Source: Candidatus Poribacteria bacterium
GTDB lineage: Bacteria > Poribacteria > WGA-4E > WGA-3G
Assembly (NCBI GenBank): GCA_965215265.1
Contig: OZ244048.1
Location: 1,280,001-1,344,000, forward strand
Reading direction: 5' to 3'
DNA: 64,000 bases
Below, piece by piece: positions 49,418 to 60,123 of the stretch (its first letter is position 1; each line of letters opens with the position of its first letter). The position numbers were made by a program, and so were the translations under genes. Below the pieces are notes generated by a model. It ran no database searches and was not told where the DNA came from. It saw only the letters and a list, made by a program, of their open reading frames with translations.

Positions 49418-50701
49418 CTATTTCTTTATCGCGCCAAACGTTACGCCACGTAGTAGATGGCTCCGCATCAAGAACGTGAAAATGGCAACCGGCAGTAGAA
49501 ATACGAACGTCGCAGCAGCGATTTTGCCCCAATCCATACCCGTTGAACCTGTCGCACTCGTAATTGAAGGTGGAGCAGTTGCAGCCCTGCCGCCGACTTC
49601 GGTTAGGACAATCGCAAAAGCGAATTCGTTCCACGCCGTAATCAGACAGAAAACCGCTGTTGCTGCCATGCCTGTAACCGATTGCGGCAGGACGACTCTC
49701 AGGAAGGTTTGAAACCTTGTGTAACCATCAACGAGGGCAGCATCCTCATACTCCGTTGGAATCTCATCAATAAACCCTTTCATGAGCCACACTGCAAACG
49801 AAACATTGAAGGTAGTGTATAGCAAAATGAGACCGAAGTGCGTATCTCGTAAGCCCAGAGCACTATACATCAGATATATTGGAATCACGACAACCACGGG
49901 CGGCAGCATGCGAGTACTCAGAATAAAAAATAGCAAGTCATCTTTGCCCGCAATATTGAATCGGGAAAAGGCGTAAGCGGACAGTGTGCCTAACCCTACT
50001 GCCAATATAGTACTTCCACCAGCGATGATAACACTATTGAACAATTGGTAGAAGTACGCAGAACCGTTGTTTGCTAAGACAATACAGACTGCAATTGTGG
50101 CAAAAAGGGTCGGCCCAACAAAGGCGAACCGCAGCTTTCCTGTATCCGTCGGTTCCTTGCGTTTCCACAATACACCCAGCGAAGACGGTAAAATCAGTCC
50201 GTATGTTACAAGACAACAGACTATCAAGGACCAGAATTGGAATCGGACATCCGCTTGAAGGCGTGTTTGAAGTGGCGGCAGACTAAAAAAACTATACAGA
50301 CACGTTACAACAAAAATACCGTTCCAGGCTAAGCCGATGTGCCTTGCCTGCTTCGACAGTGTGTCCACAATGCCATGTTGCCGGTTTTCTGCATTATGAC
50401 GGACAAGTGAAAAGAAGGCAAATAGCAGCAGGCCCCCGACAGCTTCTGCTATGAAGAGATAGGTTACGCCTGGCACAGCCGCAGCATCTATTAACTTTTG
50501 ATAATTTTCCAAAGATATCTGGAAAATAAACTTCGGGAGTTTGGTATGAATATCCGCCGGGGCTTTCAATGAAGTCGCCAAAATCCAGTAAATCGGAGTG
50601 ATATAGATAAGCATCACAATGCCTACGAACGCTAGAATCAGGTAGTGTACAAAATTCTTCCGATTTTTTGGTCTGCTCTTTCTAGGGTGCCGGTTTCGCA
50701 T
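49418..50701 (-). CDS. Carbohydrate ABC transporter permease (MalG-type, with extra membrane insertion)
   Basis: EYEDAALVDG EAA loop, AWNEF; ~150-aa hydrophobic insert after the first helix. Confidence 0.9.
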   Translation of the reverse strand: MRNRHPRKSRPKNRKNFVHYLILAFVGIVMLIYITPIYWILATSLKAPADIHTKLPKFIFQISLENYQKLIDAAAVPGVTYLFIAEAVGGLLLFAFFSLVRHNAENRQHGIVDTLSKQARHIGLAWNGIFVVTCLYSFFSLPPLQTRLQADVRFQFWSLIVCCLVTYGLILPSSLGVLWKRKEPTDTGKLRFAFVGPTLFATIAVCIVLANNGSAYFYQLFNSVIIAGGSTILAVGLGTLSAYAFSRFNIAGKDDLLFFILSTRMLPPVVVVIPIYLMYSALGLRDTHFGLILLYTTFNVSFAVWLMKGFIDEIPTEYEDAALVDGYTRFQTFLRVVLPQSVTGMAATAVFCLITAWNEFAFAIVLTEVGGRAATAPPSITSATGSTGMDWGKIAAATFVFLLPVAIFTFLMRSHLLRGVTFGAIKK

Positions 50702-50765
50702 GAATATTCCTTGTGAATGAGAGTCAAAGTGAATTTGTTTAGAGGAATTTCCTATAGCTTCCGGA

Positions 50766-51674
50766 TTAGTTATCTCGCTTGACGCGATTGAGATATTTTA
50801 CGTAGATATTGCTAAGTGCGACAATAATAACCAGAAGTAGATAAGCCATTGCACACGCTTTGCCTGTGTTGAAATTCCGAAAAGCGAGTTTGTAGAGGTT
50901 CATCGACACAGTCTCCGTAGCAGTAGCAGGGCCACCTTCGCGAGTCAGTACATAGACGATGTCAAACATTTTGAACGCATCCATGGTTCGGAATAAGAGC
51001 GCTATCAGTAAGAGTGGCGACACTAGCGGCAGCGTAATCCATCTGAACTTGAACCATGTGGAAGCCCTGTCAACATCAGCCGCTTCATAGAGGGACTTGG
51101 GGACGGCGCTCAATCCGGCCAATGCAATCAGCATCATAAATGGCGACCACATCCACGTATCCACAATAACAACTGCTAACATGGCTATCTTCGGGTCTGT
51201 TGTCCAGCCGATAGGTGAGTTAAGGAACGGACTGAGGAAAAAATTAAGTAATCCAGCATTATCGGAGGCGAGGATATTTCGCCAAAAAAGGCCAACGACG
51301 ACTGGCGATAGCATCATGGGTAGTAGCAGCAGCGTTGTCACAAACCCTTTATATCGGAATTCGCGATTTAATAAGAGAGCCAGTCCAAACCCAATCACAA
51401 ATTGGGCTGCTACAGCTAAAATCACAAAGTAGGCTGTCGTCTGAAAATAACCCCAGATATCCGGGTCTGCGAGCAGGCGTGCGTAATTTCGCGTACCGAT
51501 AAACCTCGGGGCTGTCGGCATGGAGGCTTTATATCTATGGAAACTTAGATAGAGGGACCACAGCAACGGGAAGATATTCATCAAAATGAGCAGAATCATA
51601 GTCGGCATGATGAATGCCATTTTCACTTGATAGTCGCTCATACCGCGTGACGGCGGGGTTAAGGCTTGCTGCAT
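50766..51674 (-). CDS. Carbohydrate ABC transporter permease (MalF-type)
   Basis: LYEAADVDRA EAA loop, DTWMWSPF, GGP. Confidence 0.92.
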   Translation of the reverse strand: MQQALTPPSRGMSDYQVKMAFIMPTMILLILMNIFPLLWSLYLSFHRYKASMPTAPRFIGTRNYARLLADPDIWGYFQTTAYFVILAVAAQFVIGFGLALLLNREFRYKGFVTTLLLLPMMLSPVVVGLFWRNILASDNAGLLNFFLSPFLNSPIGWTTDPKIAMLAVVIVDTWMWSPFMMLIALAGLSAVPKSLYEAADVDRASTWFKFRWITLPLVSPLLLIALLFRTMDAFKMFDIVYVLTREGGPATATETVSMNLYKLAFRNFNTGKACAMAYLLLVIIVALSNIYVKYLNRVKRDN

Positions 51675-51786
51675 GTTTCGTTGGCAAATATATTTTATAA
51701 GATGAGGTTACGGTAGGACGCACGAAAGGCATGCGTCCCAACGTAACCTATAGCTCGATTGAAGTCATTAATCAGCGAGAACAAAG

Positions 51787-53103
51787 TTATTCATCGTAGT
51801 AACCTGCATCCTCAAAGATTTCCTCGTGCTTTCGTGCAATTGCATCTAGCGCTTCCTTCGGGCTCTTCAGTTTGGAGATGGCTGCACTCCAATTCGTCTG
51901 GCAGGCCTCAAGTAGTTCCGCGTATTCGGGGACCGCCCAAAAATCTCGTAGATAGGGGAAGCTTGCAGCGAACGCCTCATTATATGGAGTCGCTTTCCGG
52001 AAGGCATCTGATTTTAATATCTCTCTATGTGGGGTAAAACCACCAAGACGTGCCCATTTTTCCTGAACAGATGTCTGCATAAACCATTTCATATACTGCT
52101 TCGCAATATCCCGGTTTTTAGAGTAAGAGGAAATCGACATTCCTTGGCCCCCGATGCTGATATAGTGCCCTTTAGGACCGGCAGGCGCAATAAAGAACCC
52201 ACTTTTATCGTGAGAAGTCGGATTCGTTTTCGCATCCACCACCCCGGGGAAAAAAGCGAAGTAATTCATCGACATCGCCACCTTTCCTGAAGTATAGGCA
52301 TTGAGTGTCTCTTGCCAATAGTAGTTCGGCGCATCTGGCGGAGCAAATTGGAGCAAATCCGTATAATATTGAAGTGCCTGAACAGAATCTTCGGTGTTAA
52401 TATAGCCTGCAATTTTGTAGTTTTCTGCGTCGCCATAGTTGCCACCGAAACTCCACATTACTTGTTGGAAGCCCATTGTGATGCCGTCGTATTCTTTACT
52501 ATACCACGTCGCAATGCCGTAGAAGTCTTGCTCCGGACGCGTGAAAAACTCAGCCACATCACGGAGCTGCGCGTATGTCTTCGGCGGCCCAAGGGGATAG
52601 CCATACTTCGCTTGGAACGATTCCATCTCTTTCGCATCTTCAAACAGATCTTTGCGATACACGTAACCAGCCGCATCCACTTCTGCCGGCAGTGCCCAGT
52701 ACGTTCCCGAACCTTTCGGATATTCTGCGAACGCTGTCATAGCAGGACGGTAGATAGAATCAATATCAATGTTGGTGTTAATCCAATCCGTGAGGTCAAG
52801 GTAGTGCCCGCCTGCAGAATTTCTGCCGAGCCACTGACTATCGCCTATGACGATGTCGTAGAGGTCGCTTTTGCCTACGAATGCGGTGAAAACCTTATCT
52901 TGGAAACTGCTCCATGGAATTTTAACGACATTCACCGGAATCCCCGTTTCTGCCGTAAAGTCTTTGGAGAGTTCCTCTAAATAGTTCGCAGGATCCCATT
53001 CTGCCCACACAATCGTTAAAGATTGTTGGGCGTTAGCAGGCTGGCTGATAAACGCCAACGCGAATATCAGGACAACAACTAGACTTATGTGAACCTTTTT
53101 CAT
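51787..53103 (-). CDS. Sugar ABC transporter substrate-binding protein
   Basis: Signal peptide; WAEWDPAN, GDSQWLG, YRKDLF, GGQG. Confidence 0.9.
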   Translation of the reverse strand: MKKVHISLVVVLIFALAFISQPANAQQSLTIVWAEWDPANYLEELSKDFTAETGIPVNVVKIPWSSFQDKVFTAFVGKSDLYDIVIGDSQWLGRNSAGGHYLDLTDWINTNIDIDSIYRPAMTAFAEYPKGSGTYWALPAEVDAAGYVYRKDLFEDAKEMESFQAKYGYPLGPPKTYAQLRDVAEFFTRPEQDFYGIATWYSKEYDGITMGFQQVMWSFGGNYGDAENYKIAGYINTEDSVQALQYYTDLLQFAPPDAPNYYWQETLNAYTSGKVAMSMNYFAFFPGVVDAKTNPTSHDKSGFFIAPAGPKGHYISIGGQGMSISSYSKNRDIAKQYMKWFMQTSVQEKWARLGGFTPHREILKSDAFRKATPYNEAFAASFPYLRDFWAVPEYAELLEACQTNWSAAISKLKSPKEALDAIARKHEEIFEDAGYYDE

Positions 53104-53243
53104 GTATCAAACTCCTTTCATTGGGAGCACTGCTCCCTCCTCATTAAAAACGGTGGTGCCACAGTTTTTGTGCCCGGTAACGGTGCATATTTAACCAAAG
53201 TAGCAACATTAAACGCACGTCTACCGGTTTTAGTGCTAAAAGA

Positions 53244-53273
53244 ATTATAGCACATTTCAAGATTTTTTTGCAA
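53244..53273 (-). promoter_or_regulatory. Sigma70-type promoter for the sugar ABC operon
   Basis: TTGCAA-N18-TATAAT with TG extension on the minus strand. Confidence 0.5.
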
Positions 53274-53351
53274 AATCTTTTTTCGTCACATGGAGCGATA
53301 ATGCAACCTTGGGTGTGAGACATCACACGCCATCTGGTATCAGGTGAGACT

Positions 53352-53603
53352 TTAAAATATGCCGAACCCTAAAACAAGCCGGATAGTACCCAAGAAAATT
53401 GCAACAGCACAACAGATGAGTCCAGCAACCGCTAACTCTTTCTGGGCTGATACGATAACGGCAAGGATGCTAAAACAGAGGCCAAGCCCAGCAAACGGAA
53501 TGTTAACGTAGTTGAATGCTCCAAGGCACGGAATAACGCCAAACAACATTCCCAAAATTGCCAGAATTCCCCACACCAGGCTGAGAACGGATAATAGATT
53601 CAT
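53352..53603 (-). CDS. Small membrane protein (DUF4190-like)
   Basis: 83 aa, 2-3 hydrophobic helices, IPCLG; ATGA overlap with the upstream gene. Confidence 0.7.
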   Translation of the reverse strand: MNLLSVLSLVWGILAILGMLFGVIPCLGAFNYVNIPFAGLGLCFSILAVIVSAQKELAVAGLICCAVAIFLGTIRLVLGFGIF

Positions 53604-53974
53604 AGTAATTCTCCAGTCAAAAAAGCGGTTTTAGCAAAACGGATACCTGGATAGCAACTAATAATTGCCAAGAAAGTATTCATAACAAACAAAGAATAAA
53701 GAACAGTGCTTAAAGGATTCAAGCGATTTGCCTCCGTGAATCGTCCTTTTGAAATAGCGTAGAAGGCACTGCTCATCCCACAAAATGCACAAGGTTTGTT
53801 GAATTGTCTCTGCCATTCACATTCTGGGATGAGCTGCGTTAAGTGGTGTTGCGGCAGGACAAAAGGGACAGCAAGCACGATAAAAACGCCCGCACTCACG
53901 ATGTACCATATACAGAGTGCTACTGCCTTTAATGCTACGATTTTTTGCAACGTTTTACGTTTCAGCATCAGCAC
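53600..53974 (-). CDS. DUF2752-family membrane protein
   Basis: C.W...F..PC.FCGMS.AF...G.F..A...NP motif. Confidence 0.78.
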   Translation of the reverse strand: MLMLKRKTLQKIVALKAVALCIWYIVSAGVFIVLAVPFVLPQHHLTQLIPECEWQRQFNKPCAFCGMSSAFYAISKGRFTEANRLNPLSTVLYSLFVMNTFLAIISCYPGIRFAKTAFLTGELL

Positions 53975-55376
53975 TGCTCTGTTCCTCTGCCTGTTTCAGA
54001 CTGATAGCCCCACCCATGCATCGCAGCTTGAGAAGCGGGCCTCCGCCATTAATAGTCCCTTGCAATTGCCCGGCTTTAACAGGCTCTTCCCCGGCTACAT
54101 CAAATTGCGTGGTCATTCTGGTGCCGAGGCCTTTGGCATCAACAGTTACGCCAATATGCGACATGAGTGACACATCTATACTACCGCTGGTGGTTTCTAA
54201 AGTCCAATACGGGGTTCCCTGCTGCATTATCTGTGGTTGCTTTAACATCTGTGCGCGAATAGAACCCGCAGCGACTGTCGCTGTAACTTCCCCCTCGTTT
54301 TCTATCTCGACATTTCCACCGTAGGTTTTTACATCAACAGCGGCTTTGCAGGCATTGAGAATGATGTTGCCCCCCGAAGTTCTGCCGGAGATAGCCCCAT
54401 CAATCTCAACAAAACGGAGATTTCCGGCAGCGGTTTTAGCGTTAACATCGCCGGTGCCAGCCTTCACCTGAACATTTCCACCCGACGTTTGGACATCCAC
54501 CTTGCCATTGTAGCTGTTAATATGAATGTCGCCAGCAGCAGCTCTCGCAGTGAGAACCCCGTCCACATTCTCAAACCAGAGCCCACCGGCCGACGTTCTA
54601 GTATTCACGGTGCCTTGTATTGATGCCACTGAAAGACTACCACACGCTGTCTTTAAATTAAGATCATAACGTCGCGGCACAGTGATTTCAAATTGAACGT
54701 CTAACCGGTCAATTACTCTCTTCCACTGTGTACCCTTGAATGTCGCTTCAATCTTAACATCTGGCGTATCGTGTTCGATTTTGACATCAAAGTTTTTGAG
54801 GATATCGCCCGCGCGCCGGTCCGCTTTCAACTGTGCGCTACGACGTACCCGCACCTCAACTTTGTTACTATCCGCCGGGTGAATATCAATGTCTCCCAGG
54901 TCTGCATCAACAGTTAAACAGCCTCCAGGAGCAACGTGGAAGTCTTCTTCTATGTCAGCCAAGGTACTCTCGGTTAAAAAATCTGGTACCGATTTGCGAA
55001 TCAACTCACCAATTTTCCCTTCATTCAGGCCTTCAAGGTTTTCCAAGAACCGTCTCCGCAAAAAACCACTCATCCAATTCTTCGAATCGTGCTCAGTGGC
55101 TAATGCCTCGCTAAGGTATGCAGTGAGTTGCTGGTATGCGAGACTAATTTCGCCAAAAGATGCGTCAGCCTCTAGTGGTTCAAAGAGGGCTTTCGGTATA
55201 GCATCTAGGTCGTTGAGTCGCGTCAGCGCCTCATTAAATTGAGCAATGCATCGGTTTTCACCGTGCTTGAAAGTTCCAGTGAGCACGACACTCTCTACAA
55301 GTTTAGCGGTATGCTCCAACATGTGAAAAAGGCCACGCAGCTCCCTCTGTCTCTGCTCTTCCATAATACACCTCAT
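53955..55376 (-). CDS. DUF4097 (putative adhesin beta-repeat) protein with helical N-terminal domain
   Basis: Repeated T.xG.I/L units, GTINGGGP.LKL...G.I terminus; no signal peptide. Confidence 0.82.
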   Translation of the reverse strand: MRCIMEEQRQRELRGLFHMLEHTAKLVESVVLTGTFKHGENRCIAQFNEALTRLNDLDAIPKALFEPLEADASFGEISLAYQQLTAYLSEALATEHDSKNWMSGFLRRRFLENLEGLNEGKIGELIRKSVPDFLTESTLADIEEDFHVAPGGCLTVDADLGDIDIHPADSNKVEVRVRRSAQLKADRRAGDILKNFDVKIEHDTPDVKIEATFKGTQWKRVIDRLDVQFEITVPRRYDLNLKTACGSLSVASIQGTVNTRTSAGGLWFENVDGVLTARAAAGDIHINSYNGKVDVQTSGGNVQVKAGTGDVNAKTAAGNLRFVEIDGAISGRTSGGNIILNACKAAVDVKTYGGNVEIENEGEVTATVAAGSIRAQMLKQPQIMQQGTPYWTLETTSGSIDVSLMSHIGVTVDAKGLGTRMTTQFDVAGEEPVKAGQLQGTINGGGPLLKLRCMGGAISLKQAEEQSSADAET

Positions 55377-55382
55377 CTCTTT

Positions 55383-55982
55383 TTACTCGTCTAGTTCTCC
55401 GTATCCCTGTTCTTCTAAGAGGACCTTGAGTCTCTCTTTTGCTTTGTGTAACCGCCACTTTATAGTCGTTAAGGGAAGAGATAAAAATTCAGCCATCCGT
55501 TTTTGTGGCATTTCTGCCCAATAATAGAGTTGTATCACCTCTCGATATTCATCAGGAAGTTCGAGAATAGCTTCTTGGACAGCTTGCTTAAGCAATTTGC
55601 GTTCAAAAATCTGAGCCGGATCTTCCGCTGTCGTGTCTGATTCTCGGTGTAAGTGCGGCTCCATATCCTCCTGTAGTGCGTATCGACTCGCTTGTTTGTG
55701 GAATCGCAAGGCACGGTTACGCGTAATTGAATGGAGCCATGCACCGAAACGGTTCAAATTATTGAGCCGTGGTAAAGCCTCAAAAGCAAATAGGAAGGCA
55801 TCTTGCACAACATCTTCCGCATCGTTAGGATTCCGGACAATCTGTTGTGCGACAGCGAGCATCGCACGCCGGTAACGAAGGACTAATACGTCAAACGCAT
55901 TTGTATTCCCTTCAAGTGCGGCGAGGATTAATTCGGCATCGGTCGCGTTCGTTAATTCTTCGGCAGCCATCAACGTCTCCAC
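55383..55982 (-). CDS. ECF RNA polymerase sigma factor
   Basis: DAEDVVQDAF, FGAWLHSITRN, LP..YREVI, TIKWRLHKAK. Confidence 0.92.
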   Translation of the reverse strand: METLMAAEELTNATDAELILAALEGNTNAFDVLVLRYRRAMLAVAQQIVRNPNDAEDVVQDAFLFAFEALPRLNNLNRFGAWLHSITRNRALRFHKQASRYALQEDMEPHLHRESDTTAEDPAQIFERKLLKQAVQEAILELPDEYREVIQLYYWAEMPQKRMAEFLSLPLTTIKWRLHKAKERLKVLLEEQGYGELDE

Positions 55983-56081
55983 CCTGGGTTCTCCAGAGGC
56001 ACCGTAATTTGCTTTTGTAGATTAGAGACGGTTCGTGCGAAAAGGATAGTGAAAAATGCATGCACTCATCGCACGGGGCAT

Positions 56082-56555
56082 CTAGCCTGGTTTATAGAAC
56101 GTCACGAGACAGCCGCCAACTGCAGCGAGTAATATCCCGACAACGAATTGCCAACGCACGGTGCCCCAGCCGCCCGGCGGCGGATGCATCAACGTCGCAA
56201 CGATTGCGTTGACGATAGGCGCACCTGCAAACACGATAGACATCACCACAGCAGGCCGCCCGCCTGCCCCAAACGCCAATAGAACCCCAAACGCACCGAT
56301 CGCACCCACAAGCCCGGCCAAGAAAGACCAGGATACACCACCGCTTGTAAACTGAAATTCCGCTTTGTTAACAAGCAACATCATCGCAGAACCGATAACA
56401 GCTGTCAGAAGATAGGCAATACCGACAAACAGAAACGCTTTATAACGGCCATGCACGACATCTGCCATGGATATCTGCCCTTTGTGGAGAAAAACACCGT
56501 AAAGTCCCCAGCTTGTCACGGTCATAATCGCAAAAATTAACCATGTTTTAGACAT
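56082..56555 (-). CDS. Small DMT/EamA-like membrane protein
   Basis: WGLYG, five hydrophobic helices, VMSIVFAGAP. Confidence 0.7.
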   Translation of the reverse strand: MSKTWLIFAIMTVTSWGLYGVFLHKGQISMADVVHGRYKAFLFVGIAYLLTAVIGSAMMLLVNKAEFQFTSGGVSWSFLAGLVGAIGAFGVLLAFGAGGRPAVVMSIVFAGAPIVNAIVATLMHPPPGGWGTVRWQFVVGILLAAVGGCLVTFYKPG

Positions 56556-56649
56556 AATTTTGTTCCTTTTTTGTTCAGAAAAAACGAAATGCCTCCGCTT
56601 TTTACTTAGATTTCACAGAACATCTCTTTGCTGTGCCTCTCTCTAATCT

Positions 56650-57939
56650 TTACAGATACTTTTTAAACACGCCCAAGAGTTGCTCCGCAACCTTCTCATC
56701 ACTAAATTTCTGATGAACGTTGATTTTTCCGCGCTCTCCGAGGTGTCGCCGCCGAGCTTCATCGTTAAAGAGTTCAAGGATACCCTCAGCAATCGCATCA
56801 GCGGATTCCGGTTCAACCAAAATTCCGCCCCCAGTTGCATCAATCATTTCCGGAAAAGTGCCGTGCCGCGGTTGAATGGCGGGCACACCGTTCGCTAGTG
56901 CCTCTAGGATGGATAGCCCCTTCGATTCGCGATAAACAGTCGGAACAGAGAAAACATGTAGACGGTTAAGGAAGGCAATTTTCTGTGTACGGGTCACCTC
57001 GCCGTGATATACAAACGAATCTGCATAACCAGCTGCCTGGATTTTATCGTGGAGCTCCTCAAAATACGGTTCATCTTTCTTACCTAAGTACCCGGCGACA
57101 TGGAGATGGATAGTATCTGCCCCGAGTTCCCGCGTTAACTTCTCAAATGCTTCTACCAAAATGTGTAACCCTTTTTCTGGGCAAATCCGAGCCAAATAGC
57201 CTATGATGAAAGCAGGTCGCTCAGCTTTTTCAACTTCAGCCCCATGCCCAGCCAAATTTAAACCGAGCGGGACTACATCAATTTTGTTGACAGGAACCCT
57301 AAGATAGACATCACCCATAAATTCAGCATAGTATTGACACGGCGCAACAAATCCATCCACATCTGCAGCGCGTTCTGCTAGGAGGATTAACGCCTCAGAC
57401 TTGTACGGTTCAATCAAGTCTTGCAAGAAGATATCTTCGCCTTGTAGGGCACAGACAACTGGCACTTCTAACGCATTTTTAATTTCTCTCGCGAAACCGA
57501 CCAGCATAGAGTTTGTCAGATAAACAATATCAGGTGCATTATACTCCTTCAGCCACTGGACTAACTTCGCTAACTCCTTCTTCTGGTGGCCGTTTTCGCC
57601 TTTAAGCATTGAAACGGTAAGTGCACCGAGATCACTCGCATCAGTAGCACCACTGAAGCGGGCCAAACTGTTCAACAAACTTGGGCTATCAAACAGTCTA
57701 TCAACGGCCCACGGCGTATGCCGAAAAAGCGAGAGTTTTTGTTGGAGATAAACGTTAATCCCACCAAAAAAGACACGATCCATACTGACATTGGTTTCAT
57801 CCGTTCGGGTCGGTGTATACGTCGGTATCAACTCAACTTTATGCCCCTGCTTCTTAAGGGCCTTCGCAACCATATTGTCATGGATGCAGCTACCGCAATA
57901 CATCCCCGCGGCACCCGCAGTAATATAAGCAACTTTCAT
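56650..57939 (-). CDS. Glycosyltransferase family 4
   Basis: GAAGMYCGSC.HDN, ARICPEKG, ESKGLSILEALANGVP. Confidence 0.9.
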   Translation of the reverse strand: MKVAYITAGAAGMYCGSCIHDNMVAKALKKQGHKVELIPTYTPTRTDETNVSMDRVFFGGINVYLQQKLSLFRHTPWAVDRLFDSPSLLNSLARFSGATDASDLGALTVSMLKGENGHQKKELAKLVQWLKEYNAPDIVYLTNSMLVGFAREIKNALEVPVVCALQGEDIFLQDLIEPYKSEALILLAERAADVDGFVAPCQYYAEFMGDVYLRVPVNKIDVVPLGLNLAGHGAEVEKAERPAFIIGYLARICPEKGLHILVEAFEKLTRELGADTIHLHVAGYLGKKDEPYFEELHDKIQAAGYADSFVYHGEVTRTQKIAFLNRLHVFSVPTVYRESKGLSILEALANGVPAIQPRHGTFPEMIDATGGGILVEPESADAIAEGILELFNDEARRRHLGERGKINVHQKFSDEKVAEQLLGVFKKYL

Positions 57940-58034
57940 GTTTTTTTGGTTTTCCTATATCTGTTCCCAAATATGTTTACGTTGATGTCGGAGCTCCTAA
58001 TAGATGTATAAGCTGCGCTTTCACTCCGTATAAC

Positions 58035-59978
58035 TTATGAAGGCAGACGCTTTTTTTGCCAATTATAATAAAAAATTGCCGTACTTCCAAGCACCGCTAA
58101 CGCATATAGCCACAGAAACGGCATGGAGATAGGAGTAAAAAAGAAAATTATGGCAGCAATGAACAGAAGAACTCGCTCCCACAAAGAGAGAACATTGAAA
58201 GCATATCCAGCAATGCTCGACGCAAAAATAACAGTGCCGATTAAGGTCGGGGTAAGTTTTTGGGAGACAGCCCACAATCCAGGATTGCCTCCATCTGTAC
58301 TCAGCCACAGCAGCTCCGGACGCAGGACAAAGGCGTAAGGCAGTGCAAATCCTACCAGTGCAAACCTGAATGCTGCAAGCCCGGTTGACATTATTCCTGA
58401 ATTAGCAATTGCAGCAGCCGTATAGGCTGCTAAGGCAACAGGCGGCGTTACCATCGACATCATCCCGAAATAGAAGATAAAAAAGTGTGCAGCCAGAGGG
58501 ACTACCCCCAAGTCAAGCAACACCGGGCCTACCAAAATTGCCATCAGAAGATAACAGACAGAAGAAGGCAGCCCCATGCCCAGAATAATTGTTGAAACCA
58601 TCAGCAAGAGAAGTGCCAATATTAAATTTGTCGCAGCGAGCGGTAACAGCGCCGATGGCAATTTGCTGCCAATTCCGGTTAAGGTCACAACGCCTAAGAT
58701 GATACCCACACAAGCGGCAGCGGCAATCAGTGAGACACCGCTCTCGGCCGCGCCTACCATCGATTTTAGCCCCCCTTGCATCCCGATGCGGGTCTCAGCA
58801 TGAAAAAGACTGATACCTAACACAGCCAACAAACTCAAACTGACCGCCCGAAACGCTGTAGCTCCCAACAGCAAGAACCCGATTAGTGTCACAAAGGCGG
58901 TAAGAAAGACAACGCCCTGCATGCGGTTGCCTGCAGTTGTCCGTGCGGACGCTCGCTGATTCTCTAGTACATCCGCTTGTGGTTTAGATGCTTCAATCCG
59001 CTTCGCATAAAAATGGACGATGCAGAGCAGCGCCGTATAGTAAAGTATCGCTGGCAGTAACGCAGCCTTAATAATTGCCAAATACGTAACCGGAGGACTC
59101 ACAATTTCCAGCATCATGTACGCACCTGCACCCATAATCGGCGGTACTAATGCGCCCCCGGAACTTGCAGCCGCCTCAATACCGCCGGCGATCGGCGGTT
59201 GAAACCCGGCACGACGCATCAACGGTATGGTAAAAGTCCCGGTCGTTGCTGTGTTAGCCACAGCCGAACCCGACAGAGAACCCATCATCCCGCTGCTTAA
59301 AACTGCAACTTTCGCAGGACCGCCCGCGCTTGTACCGAAAAGCCGCCTCGCCAGCGACAGCACATAACGCGTCGCACCGGTCCCTGCCAACACGGCCCCA
59401 AACAGCACGAACAGAAAAACATACGTAAACATGACGCGCAGCGCAATACCGAAAGTACCTTGGCTCTGAAGGAACGTCTGACTAATGATACGCCGCAACG
59501 AATAACCCCGATGCGGGAAGAGCCAATCCGGCATAAACTGCCCCAGGCCAGCGTAAACGATGAAAGCGAGGGCAAGGCACATCAGGGTCATGCCTACTGT
59601 CCGACGCGTCGCCTCTAAGATGCAAATCAGACCGAACGCACCGATCAGGTAATCGAGCGGATGTTCCGCCGCAGCACGGTCCCCGAGCGATTTACCATTT
59701 ATCCATAAGCCTTCAAAGAGCGGCTCCGTCTGAATCAGCACATAACCGAAGCATAAAATAACACATCCTGCTATACTCACATCTAAAACTTGACAAATCC
59801 GATTATCTGCTACCCCTGGATGGACGGGATATTTTATAAACACCAAAACCAATCCCAACATTGCAAAGAGTGCCAATTGGGATTGTGGCGCAAGCTGCGG
59901 ATAGTTAACTTCCTTTAAAATGAAAAGGCAGAGCAATACCGCTACTATCAGAAAGAGAGTCTGTTTGAATTGTTTCAA
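58035..59978 (-). CDS. TRAP transporter fused permease (4TM/12TM)
   Basis: GGPAKVAV, GSAVANT, EAAASSGG...PPIMGA.A, LGMGLP, TPPVALAAY. Confidence 0.92.
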   Translation of the reverse strand: MKQFKQTLFLIVAVLLCLFILKEVNYPQLAPQSQLALFAMLGLVLVFIKYPVHPGVADNRICQVLDVSIAGCVILCFGYVLIQTEPLFEGLWINGKSLGDRAAAEHPLDYLIGAFGLICILEATRRTVGMTLMCLALAFIVYAGLGQFMPDWLFPHRGYSLRRIISQTFLQSQGTFGIALRVMFTYVFLFVLFGAVLAGTGATRYVLSLARRLFGTSAGGPAKVAVLSSGMMGSLSGSAVANTATTGTFTIPLMRRAGFQPPIAGGIEAAASSGGALVPPIMGAGAYMMLEIVSPPVTYLAIIKAALLPAILYYTALLCIVHFYAKRIEASKPQADVLENQRASARTTAGNRMQGVVFLTAFVTLIGFLLLGATAFRAVSLSLLAVLGISLFHAETRIGMQGGLKSMVGAAESGVSLIAAAACVGIILGVVTLTGIGSKLPSALLPLAATNLILALLLLMVSTIILGMGLPSSVCYLLMAILVGPVLLDLGVVPLAAHFFIFYFGMMSMVTPPVALAAYTAAAIANSGIMSTGLAAFRFALVGFALPYAFVLRPELLWLSTDGGNPGLWAVSQKLTPTLIGTVIFASSIAGYAFNVLSLWERVLLFIAAIIFFFTPISMPFLWLYALAVLGSTAIFYYNWQKKRLPS

Positions 59979-60123
59979 GAGTTCGCTTGTTAAAAATCCT
60001 GTCCTGCAAGTTGAAGGGTTGGGACTTTGGGGACATCGGTATGGCTTGTGCTTTTGGGTTCGCGCTACTGTTATTTTACATTGACGGATGCTGTCGATTT
60101 AAAACTGTTGGCTTAGGGAGCTC

